Origin: an uncultured Oscillospiraceae bacterium
Lineage (GTDB): Bacteria > Bacillota > Clostridia > Christensenellales > CAG-314
Assembly (NCBI GenBank): GCA_964577535.1
Contig: CAZNZO010000001.1
Coordinates: 138,954-202,953, forward strand
Direction: 5' to 3'
Length of the DNA stretch: 64,000 nt
Position numbers and translations under genes: made by a program. The stretch's first letter is position 1, and every line of letters begins with the position of its first letter. Shown one piece after another: positions 9,400 through 19,050 of this stretch. The notes under the pieces were generated by a model. The model was not told the DNA's origin and searched no databases. It worked only from the letters and a program-made list of their open reading frames with translations.

Positions 9400-11196
9400 C
9401 TACTTGCAAAGTTCTTCCAATTCGCGCAAGGTATCTTCGAAAGATTTTGTGACGATTTTGAAGGGTTCTTCGCTGGTGAGATCAACACCGGCAACTTTAA
9501 GTTCGGAAACAGGATCCATACTGCCGCCCAAAGACAAAAACTTTTTGTAGTTTTTAACGGCAGATTCGCCTTCGCTCAAAATCTTTTCGGCAATGCACAC
9601 GGCAGAAATGATGCCGGTGGAATACTTATACACGTAGAACGCGCGATAGAAATGAGGAATGCGCGCCCATTCGTACTTGATTTCGTCGTTGTGGTTAACG
9701 GCTTCGCCATAGTACATTTTGTTTAGTTCCAAATACTTTTGGCACATTGCATCGGCGGTTAGCGGTTGGCCTTTTTCCACCATGTCGTGAGAAATTTGTT
9801 CAAATTCGGCAAACATAGCTTGACGATACATTGTTGTGCGCAACATATCCAAATAGTATTGCAACAAGTACTTTTTAAGTTTAACATCCGTTTGCGTTTT
9901 GAGCAAATATTTTAGCAGCAACACTTCGTTACAGGTGGATGCAACTTCCGCAACAAAAATTTTGTAGTCGGCTTTTGCTACGGGTTGATTCTTTTCGCTG
10001 TAATAAGTGTGCATGGAGTGGCCCATTTCGTGCGCAATGGTGAAAATATCGTGAGTGGTTTTTTGGTAGTTCAACAACATGTAGGGGTGCACGCCGGAAA
10101 CGCCCATGGAATATGCGCCACTGCGCTTTGTGGGTGTTTCGTGAACGTCGATCCAACGGTTGTCGAAAGCTTGTTGCACCACTGCCAAATAGTCTTCGCC
10201 CAAGGGGGCAAGTCCCTTTTTGACAAGTTCGCACGCTTCTTCGTATTCACAAGAAATATCGGCATCTTCGAAAATGGAAACGTAAAGGTCGTACATGTTG
10301 AGGGTTTCTACGCCCATCAATTTTTTGCGCAAAGCAACGTAGTGATGCAACGGTTCGAAACTTTCGTGCATGCACTTGATAAGATTGTCGTAAACGGCCT
10401 TATCCACTTGTTCGCTGAACAATGCCGAATCCATTGCAGAGGGGAATTTTCTTGCGCGAGCGCGGAAAACGTCTGCCTTTACACTGCCTTCGTACAGGCC
10501 GGCAAGTGTGTTGATAACGTTGATATAGGATTTGTAGTAGGTTTCGAATGCAAGTTTGCGAACGTTTTGATCTTTGTGTTGCAACAGCATGGAATAGGTT
10601 CCGTGCCCTAGTTGTACCTTTTTGCCTTCCACTTCGATTTGTTCAAATTTGATGTCGCCGCTATCCAAACGGTTGTAAACTTCTTGGAATTGGCCACTGA
10701 AAGCGCCAACGTTTGCCATAAGCAATTCTTCTGCGGCGGAAAGCACGTGCGCTTTGCCTCTTAGAACACTTTTGAGGGAAACGTCGTAGTCGGAAAATTC
10801 CGGATCGTCAATGAACTTTTGCAAAGTTTCGTCGGGCAAAGCAGATAGTTCGGGGGATACAAAAGACAACAGCGCGCTGTAGTTGGTAAGCAAGCCGTAA
10901 ACCTTGGAAAATCTTGCTTGACGTTCGGCATCTTGGCTGTCTTCGTTGTAGCTCATAAATGCGTAGCAATACAATCTGCTTAGTTTAACGTCGTATTCGT
11001 CGGAAAGCTTGAGGTACTTCAACAAAGTGTCGCGATCGCCCAATTTGCCCTTGAATTGAGACAAAAGTTGGTCGGGATTGGCAACGATGGCGGCAAATTC
11101 CGCAAAGGAAGCTTCCCATTCGGCAGGCGTTGCAAAGATATCGCCCAAATTCCATTTATACTTTTCGGGAATTTCGTTTCTGTTTGTATATGACAT
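9400..11196 (-). CDS. pepF: Oligoendopeptidase F (M3B family)
   Basis: HEMGH zinc motif, ~600 aa, and an N-terminus (IPEKYKWNLGDIF) typical of PepF. Confidence 0.9.
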   Translation of the reverse strand: MSYTNRNEIPEKYKWNLGDIFATPAEWEASFAEFAAIVANPDQLLSQFKGKLGDRDTLLKYLKLSDEYDVKLSRLYCYAFMSYNEDSQDAERQARFSKVYGLLTNYSALLSFVSPELSALPDETLQKFIDDPEFSDYDVSLKSVLRGKAHVLSAAEELLMANVGAFSGQFQEVYNRLDSGDIKFEQIEVEGKKVQLGHGTYSMLLQHKDQNVRKLAFETYYKSYINVINTLAGLYEGSVKADVFRARARKFPSAMDSALFSEQVDKAVYDNLIKCMHESFEPLHHYVALRKKLMGVETLNMYDLYVSIFEDADISCEYEEACELVKKGLAPLGEDYLAVVQQAFDNRWIDVHETPTKRSGAYSMGVSGVHPYMLLNYQKTTHDIFTIAHEMGHSMHTYYSEKNQPVAKADYKIFVAEVASTCNEVLLLKYLLKTQTDVKLKKYLLQYYLDMLRTTMYRQAMFAEFEQISHDMVEKGQPLTADAMCQKYLELNKMYYGEAVNHNDEIKYEWARIPHFYRAFYVYKYSTGIISAVCIAEKILSEGESAVKNYKKFLSLGGSMDPVSELKVAGVDLTSEEPFKIVTKSFEDTLRELEELCK

Positions 11197-11219
11197 GGTA
11201 AATTCTCCTTTTATGTTTT

Positions 11220-12098
11220 TTAGTTGTTTTCGTGTTCTTCCACAAGTTGCTTAACGTAGCGGAAATATTCTTTGGAAAAACGAGGATCTTGCAATGCAAA
11301 CTTCGTTACGCCCTTGACGTAGCCCAATTTGTCGCCAAAATCGAAACGTTCGCCTTCGAAATCGTAGACGTAGATGCCCTCTTCTTGCGCCATTATGCGC
11401 AAAGCATCGGTTAGATATACTTCGTTTCCGCGGTTTGGTGTGCGGCGCAACACTTCGAACACGTTGGGCGTGACAACGTAGCGGCCCAATGGGGCAAGCA
11501 AACTGTAAATTTCCGCTTCCGTTTGGGGTTTTTCCACAATGTCGTCAATTTTGTGCAAGCGACCGTTGCTTTCCACAATTTTGCAAGTTGCATACTTTTT
11601 GATGGCTTCTTTTGTTACCGTTTGAACGCCCACAACGGTTTTTTGGCAACTTTCAAACGCTTTCGTTAGTTGTGCCGTGACGGATTTTTTGCCCATCATA
11701 ACGTCGTCGCCGTTAAGAACAACGAAAGGTTGGCCATCTGCCCATTGTTCGGCAAGCGCAACCGCTTTGCCTGTGCCGTTGGCAACTTCCTGATACAAAA
11801 AGCTTACGTTTGCCAAATTGTCGAGCTCTTCCAACGCTTCCGCTTCGGCAAGCTTGCCACTTTGGCGAAGTTCCTGCACGTAGCCGGGGTTGGGTGTGAA
11901 GTGTTCTGCAATTTTTTGTTTTTGCGGAGATATCACAACGGCAATGTCGCGAATTCCCGCTTCCACAATTTCTTCCACCAGCAATTGCAATGCCGGTTTA
12001 TCTACCACTGCCAACATTTCTTTGGGATATGCTTTTGTGAACGGCAAAAAGCGCGTGCCGCGGCCTGCCGCTAAAATCAATGCTTTTTTAACTTGCAT
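11220..12098 (-). CDS. galU: UTP-glucose-1-phosphate uridylyltransferase
   Basis: KALILAAGRGTRFLPFTKAYPKEML. Start moved to the ATG at 12098 (AAGGAG 4 nt upstream). The upstream ATG at 12116 has no Shine-Dalgarno. Confidence 0.88.
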   Translation of the reverse strand: MQVKKALILAAGRGTRFLPFTKAYPKEMLAVVDKPALQLLVEEIVEAGIRDIAVVISPQKQKIAEHFTPNPGYVQELRQSGKLAEAEALEELDNLANVSFLYQEVANGTGKAVALAEQWADGQPFVVLNGDDVMMGKKSVTAQLTKAFESCQKTVVGVQTVTKEAIKKYATCKIVESNGRLHKIDDIVEKPQTEAEIYSLLAPLGRYVVTPNVFEVLRRTPNRGNEVYLTDALRIMAQEEGIYVYDFEGERFDFGDKLGYVKGVTKFALQDPRFSKEYFRYVKQLVEEHENN

Positions 12099-12161
12099 AT
12101 TGCTCCTTCGCGCCATTTTGGACGCTTGTGGCTGTTTCTTTGTGGTTTGCCACTAAAAATA

Positions 12162-12190
12162 ATTATATAATATTTGCGTGGCATAGTCAA
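12162..12190 (-). promoter_or_regulatory. SigmaA-type promoter of galU
   Basis: Minus strand: TTGACT, 17-nt spacer, TATAAT. Confidence 0.6.
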
Positions 12191-12412
12191 GCCCCATGCT
12201 AAATTTGGTTGCAACATGAAGCGGTTTTTTGAACCGCAAAACAAACGGCGCAGTGATTAGCAAGTTTTGATGCAGGGCGTTTTTGTGGGTGCGGCGTATC
12301 TAACACAAGTGGCCGCATTTGCGCGTGATATCTAGCGCTCCGCATTTTGCCAATTGCAAAGTTTTTTGTGCAAGTTTGGCATGTTTTAGGTGCAAAGTTG
12401 AGCATACAAATG

Positions 12413-12441
12413 CAAAAAGGCAACCGCAAACTGCGATTGCC
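12413..12441 (-). terminator. Terminator after ypeB
   Basis: Minus strand: GGCAATCGCA-GTT-TGCGGTTGCC followed by TTTTTG. Confidence 0.6.
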
Positions 12442-12456
12442 AAACTTGTTTTGCCG

Positions 12457-13788
12457 CTAGATAACCACGTGCCCCACGCTTGTTTCGATAACCTTGAAAA
12501 TTTCAACTTCCTTGCCGCTTTGCGCATCGATATACACGTAGTAACTGCCGCCATTGCCGTTGCAACGAAATTCGTAGCAATAGTGACGTTGATTGGATTT
12601 TTCCACAATGCATTTGTTTGCGGCCACCACTTGAAGGCATTCGTCCAGCGATCGTTGCGCTTGCCGCTGCGACATACCGCTGAAACCGACAGCCTTGTCT
12701 GTGTGATTATACAGATAAGCACGCGCTTCGCACCCCACGACAGTGCCGTTGCCATCCACCGCAACTTTTATTTGCTCTGGATAAACAACAACCTGATCCA
12801 CCACCGGCGCACAGTTGACGTAGGTTACCTCCTGCACGGCAGAAACCCACACGCCTTTGACGTTATATCCCAAACTTTTGCAAAAATCTTCCGCCACGGC
12901 AACGCAACGGGAAGCTTCGGCCGGTTGTTGCAAATCTCTTTCGGCATAGGTTTGGTACTGGGCAACTTTGCCGTCGCAAGTTGTCACAACGGTGCCGTTG
13001 GGCACGGAAAAGACGTACCAACAACCGCCACTGTTAATTTTGCTTTGAAAGGTGGCCTCTCCAAACAATTTTTGCACCGTTTGCGCAACCTTGTCGGGGC
13101 TGGCAGCCTTTGTGCACGGCAATGTTTTTTGCTGAACTGCATCGGAAAACGGGCCGTCGTATATAAGTTTTTCGTACGCGAAGTTCTTTTCGTCCACAGC
13201 GCTTAAACTATCGGAAAGCGTGCCGACGTTGTTTTGGCCATTGCCGTTGGTGACAAAAAGGCCGCTGTCGCTTTGGGCGTAACTCTGCAAAAAGTCATAG
13301 AAATTTTGCGCAACTTTGTTGAGATTTGCAAGCGACTGCCTTTCACTTTGCGAAACCGTTTTGCCGGCGGCCAAATTTTTTAGCAAAAACGTGGCAAAAT
13401 CTTGCGATTGATTGACAAATTTTTGACAGCTAGAAAGGTTGTTGCCCTCTTCAATGGGCAAGTTTGCCAAATATCTGTTAACCAAATTGGCGTGTAACAC
13501 AACGTTGGTTAGCGTTTGCGCCTGATTTTCCGCCAAATGAGATATGGATGCCTTGCCCAAATTGGCGCTTAGGTTTTTCAAATTGTCGCAAGCGGCATAA
13601 AGCGAACGTTTGAAACCGTTTTCTTCGGAAATTTTGTAGTAGTTCTCGTCATCCACCACCGACATTCGCATGCGTTCCGTTTTGCAACAGTTTGCCGCAA
13701 AAAAGATTGCCGCCGACACTGCCAGCAATGCAACGATGCCGAAAAATATCATCCAAAAGTTTTTTATTGTTGAATTTTTGTTTGTCAC
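12457..13788 (-). CDS. ypeB: Germination protein YpeB-like (N-terminal TM helix, C-terminal PepSY-like repeats)
   Basis: Lies immediately downstream of sleB, as in Bacillus. TM anchor present, and the C-terminus YYVYIDAQSGKEVEIFKV is PepSY-like. GTG start with GAGGTG Shine-Dalgarno. Confidence 0.7.
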   Translation of the reverse strand: MTNKNSTIKNFWMIFFGIVALLAVSAAIFFAANCCKTERMRMSVVDDENYYKISEENGFKRSLYAACDNLKNLSANLGKASISHLAENQAQTLTNVVLHANLVNRYLANLPIEEGNNLSSCQKFVNQSQDFATFLLKNLAAGKTVSQSERQSLANLNKVAQNFYDFLQSYAQSDSGLFVTNGNGQNNVGTLSDSLSAVDEKNFAYEKLIYDGPFSDAVQQKTLPCTKAASPDKVAQTVQKLFGEATFQSKINSGGCWYVFSVPNGTVVTTCDGKVAQYQTYAERDLQQPAEASRCVAVAEDFCKSLGYNVKGVWVSAVQEVTYVNCAPVVDQVVVYPEQIKVAVDGNGTVVGCEARAYLYNHTDKAVGFSGMSQRQAQRSLDECLQVVAANKCIVEKSNQRHYCYEFRCNGNGGSYYVYIDAQSGKEVEIFKVIETSVGHVVI

Positions 13789-13796
13789 TTTTCACC

Positions 13797-14495
13797 TCAG
13801 GAACAAAAAATGTGATTGCCAATGGTTACCAGTTGCGGGCGCGACCATATCCATTTGCTGGTGGCCGTTGCCGGATTGAAATAGTAGATGGCGCCGCCGG
13901 TGGGATCCCAACCATTCAAAGCATCTTGCGCTGCACGCGTACATTCGTTGTTGGTGCCAAGGTTTATTTGGCCATCGGCAACGCAGGTGAAGGCTCCCTT
14001 TTGGTAGATTACGCCGGAAACGCTGTTGGGAAAACTTGCGCTGCGCACTCGGTTCAAAACGACGGCGGCCACGGCAACTTTGCCGGTGTAGCTTTCGCCA
14101 CGAGCCTCGCCATAGATGCAACAAGACAGCAAATACAAATCGCTGTTGGATAGGCTTCCGGCGGATGTTGTTCCGGAACCGGATGCTGACGACGAAATGT
14201 TTATGCCCATTGCCTTGGCGGTGGCTTTGCCCACAATGCCATCGGCAGTTAGTCCGTTTCGTCGCTGAAAGTACTTCACGGCGGCGGTAGTTTGCTTGCC
14301 AAAAATGCCATCCACCGAGCCGTTGTAGTAGCCCCATCGTTTTAGTTTGGTTTGAATTGTTTTAACCACGGCACCACGAGAACCGCTTTTTATAACGGCG
14401 GCGTTGGCTTGGCTAACTGCCAAAACGGAAAGCAACGCTACAAGCGTTAGCACGGCCAAAAGCAAGGCGACGGTTTTTCTTTTTGATTGTGTCAC
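13797..14495 (-). CDS. sleB: Spore cortex-lytic enzyme SleB (PG_binding_1 plus Hydrolase_2 domains)
   Basis: GSRGAVVKTIQTKLKRWGYYNGSVDGIFG (peptidoglycan-binding domain) and CIYGEARGESYTGKVAVAAVVLNR (SleB hydrolase domain). Start set to the GTG at 14495 behind AAGGGGG. The protein has a signal peptide. Confidence 0.8.
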   Translation of the reverse strand: MTQSKRKTVALLLAVLTLVALLSVLAVSQANAAVIKSGSRGAVVKTIQTKLKRWGYYNGSVDGIFGKQTTAAVKYFQRRNGLTADGIVGKATAKAMGINISSSASGSGTTSAGSLSNSDLYLLSCCIYGEARGESYTGKVAVAAVVLNRVRSASFPNSVSGVIYQKGAFTCVADGQINLGTNNECTRAAQDALNGWDPTGGAIYYFNPATATSKWIWSRPQLVTIGNHIFCS

Positions 14496-14524
14496 GATTT
14501 CCCCCTTAGATTGTTGTGTGCGTT

Positions 14525-14554
14525 TAGTATGCGGAACTGCCGCTTGCACTATGC
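14525..14554 (-). promoter_or_regulatory. Forespore sigmaG-type promoter of sleB-ypeB
   Basis: Minus strand reads GCATA-N18-CATACTA, matching the B. subtilis sigmaG consensus GHATR-N17/18-CATXHTA. sleB-ypeB is sigmaG-dependent in B. subtilis. Confidence 0.6.
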
Positions 14555-14633
14555 AAATTGCACAAAAACCACATAAAAACGCAGGTTTTGGCCACAAAAA
14601 ACGCACAACGCCGGTGAAAATTGCCGACAAAAA

Positions 14634-14666
14634 GAAAAAACGCAAGGATTTTTCCTTGCGTTTTTA
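14634..14666. terminator. Terminator after the S41 peptidase gene
   Basis: ACGCAAGGA-loop-TCCTTGCGT, flanked by an A-run and a T-run. Confidence 0.65.
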
Positions 14667-14680
14667 AAAACAAATTTAGT

Positions 14681-16318
14681 TTAGCCAATGCTCCAATAGC
14701 GGTAGGTTGCATCCCACAATTCGGAATAGCTTTCCAAGCCGTCGTAGCCTTCGGTGGGGGTGTAGCCAACACCGTGAATGTTGGAGCCCAAGGGCGAATA
14801 GTAGGCAGCAAAAGTATAGTAGATAGACCAGTAGTAGGTTGTTTGTTGATGGGTATCCGAAATAGTGACTTTGCCGGAATACTGCGTTAAGGGAACTATC
14901 GCCTGTGCAATGCCCTTGCCGTAGGTACGTGTGCCCATTTGGAAACCGGTGCCATAGTCTAGCAAAGCGCCCGTCAGCAGTTCGCTTGCGCTGGCACTGC
15001 CGCCATCTGTCCACACCACTATGTCGCAAACATCCGAAACGGGGTTGAAATAGGTGGAATAGGTGGATTGCACTTTGTAATATTCGGGATCGGCGCTTGC
15101 GGTTTCACGCGGGATAAGCGAAGTGATAAGCAAATTGTTGGTTTTTGCATCCGTTACCGACGTTTTTTGCTGTTCGGTGAGTTTATCGGAAGTGACAAGC
15201 ATGCCGGCTACATCGCAAACTTCTCCCACACTGCCACCAGGGTTGCCTTTAAGGTCCAAAACAATGCGATTGAGTCCCAAAGTGCGAAAAAGTTCCAACA
15301 CCGACTTAAATTCGTCGGCAACGCCAGTTTTCTTTTGGGTTAGTTGGTCGTAGACGTACATGAATTGATCGATACGCACGTAGCCAACGCCGGCAGGAAG
15401 ACGGCTTAATTGACGCAATTCGTAGGTGTTGTGCTTGGCGTTGTTTTGGTTTTCGAGAGACAAGTTGGAATAGGCGTGTCCGTTTGCGCCAACGCAATAG
15501 TATTCCACAAAGTTATAGTCTGTGGTGACGGTGGCCGCAGAGGTTTGCAAAGGATGAACGCCAATTTTGCCGCGAGTGATGATGCCTGTTTGGTGCAATT
15601 CGCCGCCTCGCAAATAGTGGAAGTTTGCCGAGTTTGTTAGCAGCAAAATTGCAGAAATTTGGTCGCTATCCAAATCGGTTATGGCAATTTGGTTGTATTG
15701 CTGGCCGTTGTAGGTGACGGCGTTGCCATCAGCATCTGCCATTTGAGTTAGTTTGACAATTACGTCGCCCGATTGCAACACGCCATAGCTGCTGCTATCC
15801 GCACTTACGTCGGAAACGTACAAGCCAATGCTGGAAGGGCTGTAGCTCATGCCGAAGTAGGTGCCGGAAAGTTGCGTGCCGCCTTCGGAAGGATAAATAA
15901 GATTGTAGGCCTGTTGTGGCGTTAGAAGTTGACAATATTGGTCGCCGGCCGATTGCAAAATGGCTGTTCCGCCCGCCGCAATTGCTTCCATTATTTGCTG
16001 GTCGGAAACTTCCTTGTAGTATTCGGTATCCAAATAGCGAAAAACTTCGTCCAAAACGCCTGTTGTGGAAGACGACTGACTGTTAAAAATGGAACATAGC
16101 ACCCAACCAAAAATGAACGTTAGCACAAGCCCTATGCACACCAACGTTACGTAGAGCGCACGATTGTTGGAGGTTTTTTGCGTTGCACCGCCGTTAGACG
16201 GGCCGGCATGATACCAATCGTCAATTTGGTGACGGCGAGCATCTTCTTGCATTTGTTTGCGCCGCTGTTGTTCTTGTTCCTGTTTTTCTAGTTCTTCATC
16301 GAAAAAATCTTTTTCCAT
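14681..16318 (-). CDS. S41 family C-terminal processing peptidase, membrane-anchored, with PDZ domain
   Basis: LDLKGNPGGSV, GGSASASELLTGAL, and YGKGIAQ. One TM helix after a charged N-terminus. Start set to the ATG at 16318 (AAGGAG). Confidence 0.85.
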   Translation of the reverse strand: MEKDFFDEELEKQEQEQQRRKQMQEDARRHQIDDWYHAGPSNGGATQKTSNNRALYVTLVCIGLVLTFIFGWVLCSIFNSQSSSTTGVLDEVFRYLDTEYYKEVSDQQIMEAIAAGGTAILQSAGDQYCQLLTPQQAYNLIYPSEGGTQLSGTYFGMSYSPSSIGLYVSDVSADSSSYGVLQSGDVIVKLTQMADADGNAVTYNGQQYNQIAITDLDSDQISAILLLTNSANFHYLRGGELHQTGIITRGKIGVHPLQTSAATVTTDYNFVEYYCVGANGHAYSNLSLENQNNAKHNTYELRQLSRLPAGVGYVRIDQFMYVYDQLTQKKTGVADEFKSVLELFRTLGLNRIVLDLKGNPGGSVGEVCDVAGMLVTSDKLTEQQKTSVTDAKTNNLLITSLIPRETASADPEYYKVQSTYSTYFNPVSDVCDIVVWTDGGSASASELLTGALLDYGTGFQMGTRTYGKGIAQAIVPLTQYSGKVTISDTHQQTTYYWSIYYTFAAYYSPLGSNIHGVGYTPTEGYDGLESYSELWDATYRYWSIG

Positions 16319-16347
16319 TTTTCTCCTTATGCCCCAAGGGACAACAC

Positions 16348-17043
16348 TTACAACTTGTTTAGACCATCCGAAAGCCATTGCAACTTTGCAACGGTTTTTT
16401 GCGCACCATCGGCATCGCCTTGGTAGATGCAAGTTTTTTCGCCAATAACAACCACGTTGCCGCTTGCTAGTTGCGCGTTGGTGGTGAACACCACTTGCAT
16501 TTGGCTTTGAAAAAGTTTTGTCACAACAGGCAAACTTAATTCGCGATCATCGGCGTTTTCGTCAAAAAAACCGTCGAATAAAACTATTTTTCGCGGAATC
16601 GTTAGCCCGCGGGCAAGCGCCAACTGCTTTTGCTGCGTGGCAGAAAGGCTGCGAACCTTGCTTTTTAGCACGTCACAAAGCCCAAACTGTTTTGCTAAAT
16701 CGGCCACCAATTGGTCGTTTTTTTGTTTGCGCACCCTTAGTGGATATTGCAAATTGAATAGCACCGTTTTGTTGTTGAAAAATGCCGGTTTTGCAGGCAA
16801 ATTTAGCGCATCAGCAAGCAAAACAGGGTGGCGTTTGTCTGCGTAGATATCCACGCCGTCCACCAAAATTTTGCCACTATCCGGCGGAAGCAACCCCATC
16901 AACATTTTGCACAAGGTGGTTTTGCCACTCATCACGTCGCACAAAACGACGTTTAGGCCGTCACGCAGGGTGAAACTGACGTTTTGGAACAGAGGATACT
17001 GTTCGTAGTGATATTGAAAACTGACGTTTTGAAATTCGATCAT
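16348..17043 (-). CDS. ABC-ATPase-like protein with degenerate catalytic motifs; no permease partner in the window
   Basis: ABC fold is recognisable (IEFQNVSF...SGKTTL...LSATQQKQLALARGL). The Walker A first Gly is replaced (CDVMSGKT). Walker B reads IVLFDGFFDE, so there is no D-E pair. H-loop His is Asn (TTNAQ). Confidence 0.6.
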   Translation of the reverse strand: MIEFQNVSFQYHYEQYPLFQNVSFTLRDGLNVVLCDVMSGKTTLCKMLMGLLPPDSGKILVDGVDIYADKRHPVLLADALNLPAKPAFFNNKTVLFNLQYPLRVRKQKNDQLVADLAKQFGLCDVLKSKVRSLSATQQKQLALARGLTIPRKIVLFDGFFDENADDRELSLPVVTKLFQSQMQVVFTTNAQLASGNVVVIGEKTCIYQGDADGAQKTVAKLQWLSDGLNKL

Positions 17044-17615
17044 ACGTCCAATTCGTCCAAAGTCAAAAAGAATGCCGGCAGGAAGTTTTCCATGAAATAA
17101 TCCACTTCGGGGGAATGAAATGCCTTTATTTCTGCAAGAATTGTTTCCTTTGCCTTGAAAAATTCGGAATTTCCCATTTTTACTTCGTCAACGCATTTAA
17201 TATATGCGCAAATTTTGTCGGCATATTTCACAAATTTGTGTTCAATTCCCTCTTCGTCAAGAATTATTTTAGAATATTCAACTGAAAGTTGGCTTGGAAG
17301 TTGCTTCAATAAACGCTGATTTGAAAGTTTTTCCAAATTTTTGTAGGAATCGCGAATTTCCGGATTGAAATACTTTATGGGTGTGGGCAAATCGCCCGTC
17401 ATAACTTCGCTGGTTTCGTGGAACAACGCCTTTACTGCAATGGCGTTAGCATCGAGGTTGCCGCCAAAATAAATGTTGGAAATGGATGCCAATGCATGCG
17501 CCACAACGGCAACTTGTTGGCTGTGTTCCATAATGTTTTCGTTGGTGGTTGAATGCATCAAACTCCAACGCTTGATGTATTTCATTCTGTTTAGATAAGC
17601 AAAAAATTTATACAT
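17040..17615 (-). CDS. yfbR: HD-domain 5'-deoxynucleotidase, YfbR-like
   Basis: Collinear with E. coli YfbR: FAYLNRMKYIKRWSLM..ENIMEHSQQVAVVAHALA..HETSEVMTGDLPTPIKYFN..DYFMENF. Its stop overlaps the next gene's start (ATGA). Confidence 0.85.
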   Translation of the reverse strand: MYKFFAYLNRMKYIKRWSLMHSTTNENIMEHSQQVAVVAHALASISNIYFGGNLDANAIAVKALFHETSEVMTGDLPTPIKYFNPEIRDSYKNLEKLSNQRLLKQLPSQLSVEYSKIILDEEGIEHKFVKYADKICAYIKCVDEVKMGNSEFFKAKETILAEIKAFHSPEVDYFMENFLPAFFLTLDELDV

Positions 17616-17744
17616 ATTATCCTCCGTCCCTACATTTTACCACAAATTTTGCATTTTGCAACAGTTTGGCATATCGGCAGAAAAAACCACTTGCTTTTTG
17701 CACAAACAAAGTTGTTTTGCAAGGCGGATAAGTGGCAATTTTTG

Positions 17745-17773
17745 TTGATTTCGCCGCCAGAATTGTGTATAAT
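17745..17773 (+). promoter_or_regulatory. SigmaA-type promoter of pfk
   Basis: TTGATT, 17-nt spacer, TATAAT. Confidence 0.55.
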
Positions 17774-17804
17774 ACAGGCAAACGAATACGAGGTGAACTT
17801 ATTT

Positions 17805-18998
17805 ATGAGCAAAGGAACTTTGTTGTTTGCGCAATCGGGCGGCCCCACTTCCGTTATTAACGCCAGTGCCGCCGGAGTTATTGCTGCGGCAATAGAAAAC
17901 GGTTTTGAAAAAGTTTTGTGTGCACATTTTGGCATGGACGGAATTTTACAAGAAGATTTTTACGACGTTACCAACGCCACGGAAGAACAATTGCAGTTGC
18001 TGGCAAAAACACCGGCATCCGCGTTTGGATCTTGCCGCTTCAAATTGCCTTCGGTTGAAAAGGACGAAAGCATCTACCTGAAAGTGCAAAAAATATTCCA
18101 AAAATACGGCATTAGTTGCTTTGTTTATAACGGCGGAAACGATTCGATGGATACTTGCAACAAAATTGCCAACTATTTTGCGGCAACAAACTTCCGTTGC
18201 AACGTTATTGGCGTGCCCAAAACCATCGATAACGACCTTGTGGGCACACACCACTGCCCAGGATACGGCTCGGCGGCAAAATTTATTGCAACTTGCATGA
18301 AAGAAATTGCACTGGATACCGACGTTTACAAAAAAGGCCGCATAACCATTTGCGAAATAATGGGGCGGGATGCCGGCTGGCTGACGGCTGCAAGCGTAAT
18401 TGCAAAGCCCGACTTGATCTACCTGCCGGAAGTTACCTTCGACATGGCAAATTTCTTTGACAAAGCGTTGGAAATTTACAACCAAAAGGGCAAATGTTTG
18501 GTGGCACTTTCGGAAGGAATTAGGGATGCCAAGGGCAACTACATTGGCGCAGTGGGAACGCTGGATAGCTTCAACCACACGCAACTGGGTGGCGTTGCCG
18601 CTTTCTTGGCCGACTGCATAACACAAAAGTTCGGTGTGAAAACGCGCGCCATAGAATTTAGTTTGCTTGCCCGTTGCACGGCGCACATTCAATCGCTTGC
18701 AGACAAAACGGATGCGGAAGCTTGCGGCAGATATGCAGTTGAACTAGCCCTGGATGGCAAAACTGGAGTTATGGTGACGCTGGACGAAAACCGCCACTGC
18801 GGCTGTTTGGATTTGAACGGCATTGCAAACGAAGTGAAACAAGTGCCGCAACACTTCATCACCGAAAACGGTAGCAACGTTTCGGAAGAGTTTTTGCAAT
18901 ACGTTGTGCCCCTTGCGCAAGGAGAAGTTGAACGCGAATACCAAAACGGCATTCCCAAATACATTGACGTTAGCGTTTTTCCCAAATACACAAAATAA
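17805..18998 (+). CDS. pfk: 6-phosphofructokinase family enzyme, possibly PPi-dependent
   Basis: SGGPTSVINAS, GGNDSMDT, and PKTIDNDL. Start set to the ATG at 17805 (GAGGTG Shine-Dalgarno). Confidence 0.85.
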   Translation: MSKGTLLFAQSGGPTSVINASAAGVIAAAIENGFEKVLCAHFGMDGILQEDFYDVTNATEEQLQLLAKTPASAFGSCRFKLPSVEKDESIYLKVQKIFQKYGISCFVYNGGNDSMDTCNKIANYFAATNFRCNVIGVPKTIDNDLVGTHHCPGYGSAAKFIATCMKEIALDTDVYKKGRITICEIMGRDAGWLTAASVIAKPDLIYLPEVTFDMANFFDKALEIYNQKGKCLVALSEGIRDAKGNYIGAVGTLDSFNHTQLGGVAAFLADCITQKFGVKTRAIEFSLLARCTAHIQSLADKTDAEACGRYAVELALDGKTGVMVTLDENRHCGCLDLNGIANEVKQVPQHFITENGSNVSEEFLQYVVPLAQGEVEREYQNGIPKYIDVSVFPKYTK

Positions 18999-19008
18999 CT
19001 TATCATGC

Positions 19009-19050
19009 AAAAAGAGTTCGACACCTCATCGAACTCTTTTTTTGTTTGTT
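19009..19050. terminator. Terminator after pfk (bidirectional hairpin)
   Basis: AAAGAGTTCGA-CACCTCA-TCGAACTCTTT followed by TTTTT. Confidence 0.65.

Noticed and set aside
12191-12412. The ~220-bp gap between the ypeB terminator and the galU promoter contains track ORFs (12199-12429 and 12300-12764) and a GCGGTT-loop-AACCGC hairpin.
   Set aside because: The ORFs lack Shine-Dalgarno sites and overlap ypeB in antisense. The hairpin has no U-run. I saw no recognisable RNA family motif. It is left unannotated.
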